Made by a program: the position numbers and the translations under genes. Source: Spirochaetota bacterium (GTDB lineage Bacteria; Spirochaetota; UBA4802; UBA5550). From it: DNA of 64,000 bases. Below the pieces are notes generated by a model. The model searched no databases, was not told the origin of the DNA, and saw only the letters and a list, made by a program, of their open reading frames with translations. This document shows positions 38,712 through 49,139 of this stretch, piece by piece. Every line of letters starts with the position of its first letter. Positions within the stretch are counted from its first letter, which is position 1. The DNA is taken from positions 1,472,001-1,536,000 of the forward strand of contig OY760686.1 of the NCBI GenBank assembly GCA_963663865.1, written 5' to 3'.

Positions 38712-40310
38712 TTGAACATGAAGATTAAAAGAACATTGACGTTATTTTTTGTTTTTATCTGTTTTTTGTCTGCCGGGGCGGAAGACAGAGGACTTGAGAT
38801 TGAGTCTATTGTGCCTTCCAACGCATCGGTTTTTATTAAAACCGCGCCGCTGGGATCGGTGATTGACTCGTTTAACGGTTTTGTCGGAACTTCATTTACT
38901 GAAAATCAGAAGATGAATCTCAAAAGCGAATTAAAGGAGATTGCCGATAAAACCGGGATCAACCCGGTTGACAAAACCTCCCTTGAAAAGGCCGGAATTG
39001 ACACGTCCAGAGCTTCTGCATTGACGTATAAAGAAGGGGATGGAAGTGAGGAGCTCATTACCCTCTATATTCCGATCCGCGATGCTGCTACATTCCCATT
39101 GAAGTTTGTTGAAATATTGAAAAAAGCTAAAGAAAAGAGCGGCAAAAAAATCGATCCTTATCCCGTAGTCACGAATTACAGGGACGTCTCAGTTAATCAG
39201 ATCGACAAAGACGTCTTTTGTGCTGCAGTCGGAAAGTATTTTGTAATAACATCTCAGGGAGCTCTTTTGAGATCAGTGATTGATCTCCAGAACTTGGAGG
39301 GCGCCGCCATCTCCGGGGATGCTCTGTACATGAAGTATCTTGGCAATGCCAGGTCGGGGAATGACGTTAATGTCTTTATCCGGCCGGAAATATTTGATAA
39401 CCTCTACGCGGGAAGAGGCAGAAAAAGCCGCCCGAAACAGCCGAAGTCGGACATGTTCAGCGATTATTTTAACTATATCAGCGGCGGGCTCAAGCTGAGC
39501 TCATCAAGCTTTTCCGCTTCTATCGGTGCAGACTTTGTTGAAGGCAAGGAGAAGGTTAGCCGTATTCTCAACATCATGAAAACAGGGAAACATGAAATTT
39601 CTCTGAGTGGAAAGGATGCGCTGATTTTTTCATTTGTGTCCCTCGATATTGAGAAAATAGCCGCGGCGCTCAAGTCTGAAAAGGGAGATGATGATTACAG
39701 GCAGATGGTTTCCATGATTGAAATGACGACAGGCCTTGACTTTGAAAAGGATATTCTGCCGTCATGTGAGGGAGTTTTTAATATTCTTGTTGATAACCCT
39801 ATTACGGGAGACTATGCCGGATTTACGGCAGCAAAGAGCGCGGCCAGGTCCAAAGCCCTGTTCAGCAAGATGATGAGTTCAATGAAAACCAGATTCACTG
39901 CCGGCGGGAAGTTCGGAACAACATCTATCGGGAAGTCCCGCGGCTTCTGGATTGTAGGCGGGGACGCCAGGCGGATATATTTCAGCAGCGACACAAGAGG
40001 CATCTACGCCGGAACGAATCCACAGCTCTTGCTCAAACTGATGGGTATGAAGCAGATATCCGGTGAAACTGGAGGAAACGGGATTAAGGGCAGAATCAAT
40101 GAAAACACCTTTCTGATGACTCTGGTGAAGAAAAACGATCTCCTTTCAAATCTGCTGGTTTCACAGCTTTCAATGAGGGGACTTGTAACTGGTGAAGGCG
40201 TGGCTGAGCTTGCGAAGACAGCGTCTCTGGTGGGCGATATCTATCTCAGCGGTTCGCGTAAGGGCGGATTCGCGGAGGTTATGCTGGAAGTCAATATAGC
40301 CGGGAAGTGA
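38712..40310 (+). CDS. Secreted hypothetical protein (weakly DUF3352-like)
   Basis: Signal peptide ending SAGA; IVPSNAS N-terminus; GLDFEKDILP segment. The start may be ATG 38718. Confidence 0.65.
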   Translation: MNMKIKRTLTLFFVFICFLSAGAEDRGLEIESIVPSNASVFIKTAPLGSVIDSFNGFVGTSFTENQKMNLKSELKEIADKTGINPVDKTSLEKAGIDTSRASALTYKEGDGSEELITLYIPIRDAATFPLKFVEILKKAKEKSGKKIDPYPVVTNYRDVSVNQIDKDVFCAAVGKYFVITSQGALLRSVIDLQNLEGAAISGDALYMKYLGNARSGNDVNVFIRPEIFDNLYAGRGRKSRPKQPKSDMFSDYFNYISGGLKLSSSSFSASIGADFVEGKEKVSRILNIMKTGKHEISLSGKDALIFSFVSLDIEKIAAALKSEKGDDDYRQMVSMIEMTTGLDFEKDILPSCEGVFNILVDNPITGDYAGFTAAKSAARSKALFSKMMSSMKTRFTAGGKFGTTSIGKSRGFWIVGGDARRIYFSSDTRGIYAGTNPQLLLKLMGMKQISGETGGNGIKGRINENTFLMTLVKKNDLLSNLLVSQLSMRGLVTGEGVAELAKTASLVGDIYLSGSRKGGFAEVMLEVNIAGK

Positions 40311-40360
40311 GAAGATGCTATTTTATACGGGGCTGCTGAGCGCGGCCCCGATGGAGTTTG

Positions 40361-41317
40361 ATGCTGATGAAATATCTTTTCGGGCCGGTTAATTCCAGGC
40401 GCCTGGGGCTTTCTCTCGGAGTTGATCTTGTTGGAAGAAAAACATGCTCTCTCGACTGCGTTTACTGTGAGAGCGGGCCGACTACTCGCCTGACAGCTGA
40501 GGCTGCCGGCTATCTTCCCGCTCAGGATGTTATTGACGAACTTGACGCGTATCTTTCCGAAAGGCCGCGCCTTGATGTCATCACCTTTTCGGGAGCTGGC
40601 GAACCGCTTCTCAACTCGGGAATAGGCGATGTTATTGAATTTCTTAAAAACACATATCCTGAGTATAAAATCTGCGTTCTGACCAACGGGACTCTTCTTA
40701 AGCTTCCTGAAGTGAGAGCCAGGATAATGAGGGCTGACATTGTTATTCCCTCTCTCGATGCCGCCTCTGAAAACGTTTTCAGAAAGATGCTGAGGCCTCA
40801 CCCGGACATTTCTGCGTCGGGAACAATTGAAGGTATAAAGGCTTTCAGCAGCGAGTTTAGAGGCACTTTGATTGTTGAGGTCTTCATTCTTCCCGGATAT
40901 AACGACTCTGCCTCTGAGCTTTCTGCAATCAGGGACGCCTGCATAAGCATAAACCCGCACTCGGTTCAGCTTAACAGCCTTGACCGCCCTGGATCGGTAG
41001 AGGGGCTTCTGAAGGCAGACGGCGAAAGGCTCGCTTCGATAGCGGAGATGTTCGGTCCTCTGAGGGTTGATATCCCCCCCTTAAAAAACACCACTGACGG
41101 GTCTATAAAGCCGGCTTCAGATGCAGGGAGCGAGGTGATGAAGTCGATAGCGCGGCGTCCGGCAACTGCGGCAGATGTTGCGTCAATGAGCGGTCTTACA
41201 GAAGAACAGGCTGAGATGGTGCTTGAACGTCTCTGTGAAGAAGGTAAGGCTGAGAGGGCAGAAATGGAAAGCGGTGTGTTTTACAGGCCCGCAGGCTCTA
41301 ATGCTGGACAGGGATAA
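40361..41317 (+). CDS. Radical SAM protein (COG0731/Tyw1-like) with a C-terminal HTH
   Basis: FGPVNSRRLGLSLGVD, CSLDCVYC, TFSGAGEP, LTNGTL, SLDA; C-terminal wHTH-like segment. The start could be 40358, 40361 or 40367. Confidence 0.88.
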   Translation: MLMKYLFGPVNSRRLGLSLGVDLVGRKTCSLDCVYCESGPTTRLTAEAAGYLPAQDVIDELDAYLSERPRLDVITFSGAGEPLLNSGIGDVIEFLKNTYPEYKICVLTNGTLLKLPEVRARIMRADIVIPSLDAASENVFRKMLRPHPDISASGTIEGIKAFSSEFRGTLIVEVFILPGYNDSASELSAIRDACISINPHSVQLNSLDRPGSVEGLLKADGERLASIAEMFGPLRVDIPPLKNTTDGSIKPASDAGSEVMKSIARRPATAADVASMSGLTEEQAEMVLERLCEEGKAERAEMESGVFYRPAGSNAGQG

Positions 41318-41942
41318 GAATTCTTGCTGTTGTTTTCGAGGTGCCGTCGGTTGTAACCCTGAAGTTTATAGATGGAATGTTGATGTTTTTCAGAAGCACA
41401 ACGATCATTGAGATGCCGAGTCCCATGCCTTCGGCCTCAGGGTCGGGATTGTCGATGAAAAACTCGGCTATGCTGTCGTATTTTGAAGCCTGCTTCATCT
41501 TCCCTTCGATCTTCTTCATCTCCCTGTCCTGTAGAGGCAGGTTATTCGTGACCTGAATGACCGGACCCTGTTTTGTCGATTTGAGATACAGTCTTGTGCT
41601 CAATCGGTACTCTTTGCACTTAATTCCGTATTGTAGAATACCCCTGTTGTTGAGTATTGATCTCATGCTGCTTACTACGTTTTCTGTGTTTTCAGGGTCG
41701 GAAATCGCACCCTCCTTAACGAGGATGTGTTTTGAGTTTGCCTTTGTGGCGTTTGCGATTAATTCTTTTATACAGGAAATAAGCGGGGTGAAAAATGATT
41801 CGATACGGTATTTTGTCAGGAGTTTAAGCAACGAATAGCGGATTTTGTCCTCAGTGTCGTCAATCAGAGAGTAAAGCACAAAAACAATGTCGTCTCTGTT
41901 ATTGACCGCGGTCATAACATTTCTTTTAAATTCATGATCCAT
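41298..41942 (-). CDS. Stand-alone atypical GHKL/HATPase-like domain protein
   Basis: N-box-like KELIANATKAN and G2-like EGMGLGISM; homologous to the N-terminus of 51160-52656. Confidence 0.65.
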   Translation of the reverse strand: MDHEFKRNVMTAVNNRDDIVFVLYSLIDDTEDKIRYSLLKLLTKYRIESFFTPLISCIKELIANATKANSKHILVKEGAISDPENTENVVSSMRSILNNRGILQYGIKCKEYRLSTRLYLKSTKQGPVIQVTNNLPLQDREMKKIEGKMKQASKYDSIAEFFIDNPDPEAEGMGLGISMIVVLLKNINIPSINFRVTTDGTSKTTARILIPVQH

Positions 41943-42272
41943 TTTCCCATCACTTGTACGGCTTATGCTTAAACCGCTATCTCAGGCTCGATAGTCCCGT
42001 ATCAGCGTGCGGGGAAGGCGAACCTGGCCAATTAATACTTAAAAAACAGGACTTCACACCGACAGTTAAGCTTTCAGCTTTTGCAACGCTAATGGCCACG
42101 GTGTCATCCTGCCGCTTTTATATTACAGAGAGTAAAAAATTTCAAGAATAAAAATATTCTTGAAAATGATTATTGTTTACTGTCTCTGGTATCATAGCCT
42201 GAGAAGGGCGGCAGGCTGTGTTTTTTCGGCATTATATTGTTAAAATTAAGTGTTTCATGCAATGGTAATTCA

Positions 42273-43106
42273 ATGAATATACTGGATACACTGTTCCCAT
42301 CTCCTGCTGCGATGGCAGCGCTTGCCGCGGTCGGCGTTTGTTTCGGCCTGGTGCTTTCTGTAGCGAAGATAAAACTTCAGGTTGTAAAAGACCCGAGGGT
42401 TGACCTGGTCATAGACGCGCTTCCAGGGGCTAACTGCGGGGCCTGCGGATTTCCCGGATGTGCCGCTTACGCCGAGAAGATTGTGACTGAAGGCCTTGAT
42501 TTTTCTCTTTGCCCTGTGGGTGGAAGCGAGACAGTAAGGGCGATAGGTAAAATTTTGTCTGCCGGTGAGGTCAAGGCCCCCGAGCCCGAGATCGCGAAGG
42601 TTCATTGCAGGGGGGGGCTTGCCAACTCATTTGACAGATTTATCTATTCCGGGCCACTGAGCTGCTCCGCGGCTCATGCTGTTTCAGGAGGATACAAGAG
42701 CTGCGAATATGGCTGTCTCGGCTTTGGAGACTGCGTCGATTCCTGCCAGTTCTCGGCAATCGAAATGAACGATAACCGGATACCCGAGGTTTTTCCGGAT
42801 AAGTGTGTTGGATGCGGCAGCTGCGCTTTCGCGTGCCCGAGGGGCGTTATAACAATGGCGCCTGCCAGGACCGGAGTGACGGTAATGTGCAGGAACACAG
42901 ACAGGGTCCCTGTTATGAAAAAGGCCTGTTCGGTCGGATGTACCGGCTGCAGGCTTTGTGAGAAGAACTGCCCATACGATGCAATTCATGTTGAAAATTT
43001 CCGCGCTGTAATAGATTATTCGAAGTGTACTGACTGCGGCAAGTGCAGTGAAGTCTGCCCCTTCGGTGTCATAACCACGCCGCTGGCGGCTGTTGGTCCG
43101 TCATGA
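42273..43106 (+). CDS. rnfB: RnfB-like polyferredoxin (electron transport complex subunit B)
   Basis: N-terminal TM helix, LPGANCGACGFPGC, CPVGG, CEYGCLGFGDC, several CxxCxxCxxxCP motifs. Confidence 0.85.
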   Translation: MNILDTLFPSPAAMAALAAVGVCFGLVLSVAKIKLQVVKDPRVDLVIDALPGANCGACGFPGCAAYAEKIVTEGLDFSLCPVGGSETVRAIGKILSAGEVKAPEPEIAKVHCRGGLANSFDRFIYSGPLSCSAAHAVSGGYKSCEYGCLGFGDCVDSCQFSAIEMNDNRIPEVFPDKCVGCGSCAFACPRGVITMAPARTGVTVMCRNTDRVPVMKKACSVGCTGCRLCEKNCPYDAIHVENFRAVIDYSKCTDCGKCSEVCPFGVITTPLAAVGPS

Positions 43107-43144
43107 TGCGCCAAAAAAACTTTCTCAGCTGGAATCTCTGAGTT

Positions 43145-44161
43145 ATGAAATCTGTTTATGAAATGTCGGGAGTTGAGAAGGCCGCAGCGCTTCTGGTAAT
43201 GCTGGGCCCTGAGGCGGCTTCGGAGATTATGAAGCAGATGGATGAAGACTCGGTTGCCAGACTCTCCGTTGAAATTGCCAGATTAGAAAAGCTCAATCCG
43301 TCCGAGAAAGAGGATATCATAGGCGAGTTCTATTCAGCGCTGCGCGATGCGAGGTTTAATGTTCAAGGAGGGACGGATAGAGCCCGAACTCTCCTTCAGT
43401 CAGCCTTTGGCGACGAGAAGGCTTCCGAAATTCTTGAAAAAATTAAGCTGCGCGAGGTCGGCCGTGAGTTTGATTTTCTGCGGGATGTAGATCCGGAAAT
43501 AACAGCGGCTCTTCTCAAAAACGAGATGCCTCAGACTATTGCAGTGACACTCTACTACCTGAAGGGGGCCGTTGCTGCTTCCGTTTTGAAAGCCCTTCCT
43601 CAGAATATTTCGCGTGACGCCGCGGTCAGGATGGCTAAAATCAAGAAGATTGCGCCTGAAGCAGCAGCAGGGATAGCCGCGACCCTTAAAAAAAGTTACA
43701 GGAAGCATCTTGAGAAGGGAGAAAGCCTTAAAAGTGCTGGCGGAGTAGATGCACTTGTTGATATCATAGCGCATATGAACTATGACAGTGAGAAAAAGCT
43801 CATTAAGAATCTTGACGGCGTAGTACCCGATCTCTCCGGAATTCTTAGACAGAGGGTTTACTCTTTTGAGAATATCATTTCTCTTTCAAATAGAGATGTC
43901 AGAATTCTCATAGATGAAGTTAATGACGACACCATTCTTGCCCTTTCTCTTAAGGGTATGAGCGACGATATGCGCTTTAAGCTTATCAGGAATATGAGCC
44001 AGAACAGGGCGACGGATATTCTGGCTGAAATGGATTCTATCGGGGCCGTTAAGGTCTCCGAAGCGGAGGAGGCAAGGGCAGTTGTCGTAGAAATCATGCG
44101 GCAGCTCGATGAAAACGGTGTTATTACCGTAAGGCGCAGCGGTGAAACGTACGTCTATTAA
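43145..44161 (+). CDS. fliG: Flagellar motor switch protein FliG (stand-alone paralog)
   Basis: KAAALLVMLG, GGTDRA, EMPQTIA, GGVDALVDII, RNMSQNRA. Confidence 0.92.
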   Translation: MKSVYEMSGVEKAAALLVMLGPEAASEIMKQMDEDSVARLSVEIARLEKLNPSEKEDIIGEFYSALRDARFNVQGGTDRARTLLQSAFGDEKASEILEKIKLREVGREFDFLRDVDPEITAALLKNEMPQTIAVTLYYLKGAVAASVLKALPQNISRDAAVRMAKIKKIAPEAAAGIAATLKKSYRKHLEKGESLKSAGGVDALVDIIAHMNYDSEKKLIKNLDGVVPDLSGILRQRVYSFENIISLSNRDVRILIDEVNDDTILALSLKGMSDDMRFKLIRNMSQNRATDILAEMDSIGAVKVSEAEEARAVVVEIMRQLDENGVITVRRSGETYVY

Positions 44162-44194
44162 ATAACAATACTACGATGATGGATAATATTTAAT

Positions 44195-45742
44195 ATGGAT
44201 TTAAACAGTTTTAATCTTCACGAAGATGTGATTAAAGGAATAAAGGATACCGGATTCACCGAGTTTATGCCGGTGCAGGAAAAAACCTTTGCTGAATCGC
44301 TGAGCGGGCGTGACGTCATGGTGCAGTCTCAGACCGGTTCGGGGAAAACGGCCGCGTTTCTGATAACTGTCTTTAATGTGATGATGAGATCGGAAGATAG
44401 GACTTCAAAGAAAGCCCTTGTTGTAGTTCCGACCAGAGAGCTTGCGGTTCAAATTGAAAAGGAAGCTGAACTTCTTGGAAGGCACCTCGGAATAAAAACA
44501 GGGAGTTTTTATGGTGGTGTCGGTTACGGAAAGCAGGAAGCTCTTTTGAAGGACAATGTACAGCTTATTATCGGAACTCCGGGAAGGCTGATCGATTTCG
44601 CAAACAGCGGCAAGCTTGATTTTAAGTCTATTGACATGCTTGTTATTGATGAAGCGGACCGCCTCTTTGATATGGGCTTTTTCCCTGACATCAAGCGGAT
44701 GCTCAAAAAAATGAAGGACAAAAACTCAAGGCAGACAATGCTTTTCAGCGCCACGCTTAATTTCAGGGTAAGAAACCTGGCGTGGGATTACATGAACGAC
44801 CCGGCAGAGATACTTCTCGCGCCTGACAACATAACTGTAGACAACATATCGCAGGAGCTTTATCATGTAGGAACATCTGAGAAGATAAATCTGCTGCTTG
44901 GTTTAATGAAGAAGCTGAATCCTTCGAATGCTATTGTATTTGCCAATACAAAGCAGATGGTATTCGAGCTCTCGAAAAGGCTGGCGATTAACGGATATAA
45001 GGTTCAGTATATAATTGGAGACCTTCCCCAGTCAAAAAGGCTTGATGTTATCAGCAAGGTTAAATCAGGAGAGGTTCCTTTTCTGGTCGCTACTGATGTC
45101 GCAGCAAGAGGACTGCATGTCGACGACCTGGAGCTTGTCATTAACTACGATATTCCCGAGGATTGCGAAAACTATGTCCACCGCATTGGAAGGACAGCGA
45201 GGGCAGGGAAAACCGGACGGGCTATATCCCTCTCCTGTGAAAAATACGTTTACGGCCTTGAAGCCATTGAAAGATACACGGGCATAAAAATTCCAGTTGT
45301 CTGGGCAGAGGAATCTGATTATGCGGATGACGCGAGTGCCGGAATGCGGTTCCGTCTGAATACAGAACAGGACAAAAGGGAGAAAGGTGGGAAGGATAGA
45401 CGTTCAGTCAGGAAGCGCGACGCGGAAAAACTCACTGCTCACAGGTCGCGGACTGAAAAACCTCGTGTAAGGACTTCCGGAGAAGGCCAGCATCAGTCTG
45501 AAAACAAGTCTTATCCAAAGGCGGTCAAAGTCGGAAAGGACAGGCCCGACTATAAGAAGGTCCGCAGGCCGAATACTCCCCAAAAGAAAGGCGGTTCGCT
45601 TGAGGACAGGCTGCAGTATTACAGCAGCAAATATGGAGAGGATTTCAAACCTGTTAAAAGGGATGGCAGGCCGGCCAAAGCCGGAAAGGGCATTTTAAAT
45701 AAAATCGCCTCAATTTTCAAACGCGGAAGCAAAAAAAGATGA
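44195..45742 (+). CDS. DEAD-box RNA helicase (RhlB-like) with a basic C-terminal tail
   Basis: QTGSGKT, PTRELA, TPGR, DEAD, SAT, ARGL, HRIGRTAR. Confidence 0.96.
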   Translation: MDLNSFNLHEDVIKGIKDTGFTEFMPVQEKTFAESLSGRDVMVQSQTGSGKTAAFLITVFNVMMRSEDRTSKKALVVVPTRELAVQIEKEAELLGRHLGIKTGSFYGGVGYGKQEALLKDNVQLIIGTPGRLIDFANSGKLDFKSIDMLVIDEADRLFDMGFFPDIKRMLKKMKDKNSRQTMLFSATLNFRVRNLAWDYMNDPAEILLAPDNITVDNISQELYHVGTSEKINLLLGLMKKLNPSNAIVFANTKQMVFELSKRLAINGYKVQYIIGDLPQSKRLDVISKVKSGEVPFLVATDVAARGLHVDDLELVINYDIPEDCENYVHRIGRTARAGKTGRAISLSCEKYVYGLEAIERYTGIKIPVVWAEESDYADDASAGMRFRLNTEQDKREKGGKDRRSVRKRDAEKLTAHRSRTEKPRVRTSGEGQHQSENKSYPKAVKVGKDRPDYKKVRRPNTPQKKGGSLEDRLQYYSSKYGEDFKPVKRDGRPAKAGKGILNKIASIFKRGSKKR

Positions 45743-46206
45743 CGCTATCTCGGCGGACTCAAATGAGAAAGTCTTCAGCCGCGTGGCTGGGGGCGATGTT
45801 CCTTGCCTTCGTCATCAATATAAGCGCCGCTGCGCAGAACGGTATGTCTGTATCAGATTCGGAGGCAAAAACTGCGGTGGAGATTCTGTCCGAACTGAAT
45901 GAATACAGCGGAAAAGAAATAACCATGCGTCTCAGACTCAAGTACATTGACCGCGTCTTCGAAAAGATTGTTTTCTATGATAAAAAAAACTATGATGTTG
46001 AGTTTGATATCAACAGGAAGGTGCTTCATGTTCCTGCTGAGAAGATCAGAGGGCTTCACGAAGGCCTGGAATATATTGTACATTTCAGAGTGAAGGGAGT
46101 CGGCGGAAACCGTACACTCGCCGGCGAGCTTTTGAACCTTGAGCCGGCTTTTCTTGTAAAAGTGCCTGAAAGTGAAAGAGGTCCCGAAAATGGGAAGGCA
46201 GAATAG
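45739..46206 (+). CDS. Secreted hypothetical protein (small beta-rich, possibly OB-fold)
   Basis: Signal peptide ending SAAA; ATGA-coupled to the helicase. Confidence 0.6.
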   Translation: MTLSRRTQMRKSSAAWLGAMFLAFVINISAAAQNGMSVSDSEAKTAVEILSELNEYSGKEITMRLRLKYIDRVFEKIVFYDKKNYDVEFDINRKVLHVPAEKIRGLHEGLEYIVHFRVKGVGGNRTLAGELLNLEPAFLVKVPESERGPENGKAE

Positions 46207-46352
46207 CTGGGCGGCTATTCTGCCTTCAGCTTTGTTAAGCAGTGCCAAGTTTCAATATGATAAAATCGGGAGGGAAATACCATATCTATACTTGTTGTTT
46301 TATTATCGGTTGGAAGGGAAAATATCTTTAGTAAAAAAAATGGTGCTTTTGA

Positions 46353-47273
46353 TTGAACGGTAAAATTATTAAGATCTACGGCCGTCACTACAATGTACTG
46401 GCCGGTGGACGGGTCTTTGACTGCTCACTCAGGGGAGCCATACGAAGAGATGAAAGAATGAAAAGGTTCTCTGACCCGGCGGCTGTCGGCGATGAGGTCG
46501 AGTTTGAGATCCTTGATGACGGCAGCGGATTGATAACCTCAATTTGCGACAGGCGCAATATGTTCTCCAGAAAGGATTCCTCATCAAGAAAAGAGGATGT
46601 GATTGCGGCTAATATTGACCGCATTGTTGTCATACAGTGTTACGGAGAGCCAAGGTTGAATCCGAGGTTTGTGGACAGAATTCTCGTAAGGGGGATGAAA
46701 GAGTCGGTTGAGACTCTTCTCTTTATAAATAAAAGCGATCTGGCAGATGATTTCACTCGCGGCTACATACAGCGCTATTATGCACTGTCTGGCCTCAGGA
46801 TCATTGAGGTCAGCGCCCTCGACGGCAGCGGCATTGATGATGTCAGGGAGCTTCTCGGCAAGGGGATATCTGTTTTTACCGGCTATTCGGGAGTCGGGAA
46901 GTCAAGTATTCTGAACTCTGTGTATCCGGGGCTGGAATTGAGAACAACAGATGTATCTGAAAGTACCGGGAAGGGCCGGCACACAACCACTAATGTCCAG
47001 CTGGTTATGAGAGATGAAGGCTGCGGTGTAATTGACACTCCAGGAATGCGCGAATTTGGTCTTATGGACATTGAGCCTGAAGACTTACAGGACTTTTTTC
47101 CGGAGTTCGCGAAGTTGAGGGGCAGGTGCAGGTTTTCCGGATGCACGCATGATCATGAGCCTCAGTGTGAGGTTAAGGATCATGTTGAACGTGGGGACAT
47201 TGATGAAGATAGATACATATCTTACCTTAATATTTTAAATTCGCTGAAGGAGTACCGTGCCAGGAGATACTGA
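46353..47273 (+). CDS. rsgA: Ribosome small subunit-dependent GTPase A
   Basis: Circularly permuted NKSD...GYSGVGKSS...GRHTTT...DTPG, and a zinc finger CRFSGCTHDHEPQC. Confidence 0.96.
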   Translation: MNGKIIKIYGRHYNVLAGGRVFDCSLRGAIRRDERMKRFSDPAAVGDEVEFEILDDGSGLITSICDRRNMFSRKDSSSRKEDVIAANIDRIVVIQCYGEPRLNPRFVDRILVRGMKESVETLLFINKSDLADDFTRGYIQRYYALSGLRIIEVSALDGSGIDDVRELLGKGISVFTGYSGVGKSSILNSVYPGLELRTTDVSESTGKGRHTTTNVQLVMRDEGCGVIDTPGMREFGLMDIEPEDLQDFFPEFAKLRGRCRFSGCTHDHEPQCEVKDHVERGDIDEDRYISYLNILNSLKEYRARRY

Positions 47274-48012
47274 AATGTTGTATGCCGGTGATGCCATGAT
47301 TAGAACCGAACAGCTTGGAATTGATTTCGAAGGCAGGATGATACTTGACAGCATTGATATATCGGTCTCGCCTGGGGAGACCGTTGCGGTTTTAGGACGA
47401 AACGGATGCGGAAAGACTCTGCTTCTTAAATCCATTGCCGGCCTTTTCCCTTTCTCAAGGGGGAGCGTCTTTCTGGGAAAAAAACCTGACGGTTCGGAGT
47501 CGTCAACCGCTTATGTTTTTCAGAAAGGTGGACTTTTCGATTATCTGAATGTTTTTGACAATACCGCGTTCGGACTTAGAAGAAGAGAGTTCTCTGAAGA
47601 CGAAGTTCGAGACAGGGTCATGTCGTCTCTCAAGCGGGTAGGGCTCTCGGGAAACGAGAACAAGTATCCGTCAGAGCTTTCTGGCGGAATGCAGAAAAGA
47701 GCGGGACTTGCCCGGGCCGTGTGCATGTCGCCCGATATTATCCTTTATGATGATCCTTCGGCGGGACTTGACCCGGTTCTCAGCGATTCAATAGCCGATC
47801 TGGTGCTGGGAATCGCGGAGACATCTGGAACTACGTCTGTTCTCGTAACACATGACATGAGTTTTGCTGAAAAGACAGCGGACAGAATAATGCTTCTTTA
47901 CGCGGGAACAGCGGTTTTCGACGGAAGGTGCGGCGATTTTTTTTCAGGAGGCAATGTTTACGCCCAACAGTTTATTGAGGGACGAATAGACGGCCCAATG
48001 GATTATATGTAA
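47257..48012 (+). CDS. ABC transporter ATP-binding protein (MlaF/Mkl-like)
   Basis: GRNGCGKT, PSELSGGMQKRAGLARA, LYDDPSAGLDP, VTHD. The start may be ATG 47275 or 47296. Confidence 0.88.
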   Translation: MPGDTEMLYAGDAMIRTEQLGIDFEGRMILDSIDISVSPGETVAVLGRNGCGKTLLLKSIAGLFPFSRGSVFLGKKPDGSESSTAYVFQKGGLFDYLNVFDNTAFGLRRREFSEDEVRDRVMSSLKRVGLSGNENKYPSELSGGMQKRAGLARAVCMSPDIILYDDPSAGLDPVLSDSIADLVLGIAETSGTTSVLVTHDMSFAEKTADRIMLLYAGTAVFDGRCGDFFSGGNVYAQQFIEGRIDGPMDYM

Positions 48013-48091
48013 AATATAACCTTGAAAAAGCATGATACCTATCGCTATTGCGCATTAGCAGTATTAACTGATTATATATTATGAGGATTAA

Positions 48092-49075
48092 ATGGATATT
48101 AAAAAAGAAAGCAAATACGACATCTCCGGAATAGGCTCAGCGTTGCTCGACATGACGGTTAAAGTTAATGAAGATTTTTTGAGTGAGCTTAAGCTCGGAC
48201 ATGGGACAATGAATCTTGTTGGTGAATCTGAAAGCCTGGGAATTCAGGGAAAAATGTCTTCTATGAGTGCTGAGATTACTGCAGGAGGAAGTTCAGCTAA
48301 CACTGTTGCCGGGGCAGCTTTGCTGCGCGCATCAACAGTGTTTATGGGGACCGTCGGAGCTGATGTAAACGGCAAAAGATATATCGAAGAAACCGCTGCC
48401 GCTGGAGTAAAGCCTGAGCTTTCGACAGCTGAAGGAATGACGGGGCTGGCAATAACGCTTATCACACCGGACTCGGAAAGAACATTCGCGACACATCTCG
48501 GTGCAGCGCTTAAATTCAGAAAAGAAAATATCTCAACAGAAGCAGTGGCCCAATCAAAGATACTGCATCTTGAGGGATACCTCTTTGAAGACGACAATCT
48601 GTATTCGGCGTGCGTAGAGGCAATGGAGATTGCGGCGAATAGCGGGACTCTCGTGTCGGTTGACCTTGCTGATCCGGCACTAATTGGAAGAATACACGAC
48701 CGATTTTCTCATGTGCTTAAAACATATGCAGATATCGTCTTTGTCAACGAGGACGAGGCCAGGGCTTTTACCGGGCGTGAAAAGGGAGATGCTCTGAATG
48801 ATCTGGCGGAATCCGTATCTTTTGCGGTTGTTAAGCTCGGGGCTGAGGGAAGCCTGATTAAAACAGCAGGCAGGGTCTATTCAATAGCGCCATTTGCTGC
48901 TGAAGTTGTCAATACCAATGGAGCAGGGGACATGTACGCCGCGGGCATACTCCACGGCCTGTGCAGGGGGATGGAGCCGGATATGGCAGGAAAGATTGCA
49001 AGCTTCTGCGCGGCTAAAGTTGTGTCGCAGTCTCCGGCAAGACTTTCACAAAGGCCGGATCTTTCCGGATTGTAA
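48092..49075 (+). CDS. PfkB-family kinase (adenosine kinase-like)
   Basis: GGSSAN, ERTFATHLGA, NEDEA, VKLGAEGS, NTNGAGDMYAAG. Confidence 0.9.
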   Translation: MDIKKESKYDISGIGSALLDMTVKVNEDFLSELKLGHGTMNLVGESESLGIQGKMSSMSAEITAGGSSANTVAGAALLRASTVFMGTVGADVNGKRYIEETAAAGVKPELSTAEGMTGLAITLITPDSERTFATHLGAALKFRKENISTEAVAQSKILHLEGYLFEDDNLYSACVEAMEIAANSGTLVSVDLADPALIGRIHDRFSHVLKTYADIVFVNEDEARAFTGREKGDALNDLAESVSFAVVKLGAEGSLIKTAGRVYSIAPFAAEVVNTNGAGDMYAAGILHGLCRGMEPDMAGKIASFCAAKVVSQSPARLSQRPDLSGL

Positions 49076-49086
49076 TATCGCTTTTT

Positions 49087-49127
49087 AGTGTCTGGTACAC
49101 CTGTGTAAATGTGTCCCGGGCACTTTT
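49087..49127. terminator. Hairpin between convergent genes
   Basis: Imperfect stem AGTGTCTGGTACAC / GTGTCCCGGGCACT followed by TTT. Confidence 0.5.
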
Positions 49128-49139
49128 AACGCCTGATTT

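Noticed and set aside
40241-40960. 239-aa antisense ORF, and the many other short overlapping ORFs in the track
   Set aside because: They lie opposite or within well-supported genes and show no motifs; treated as shadow ORFs.
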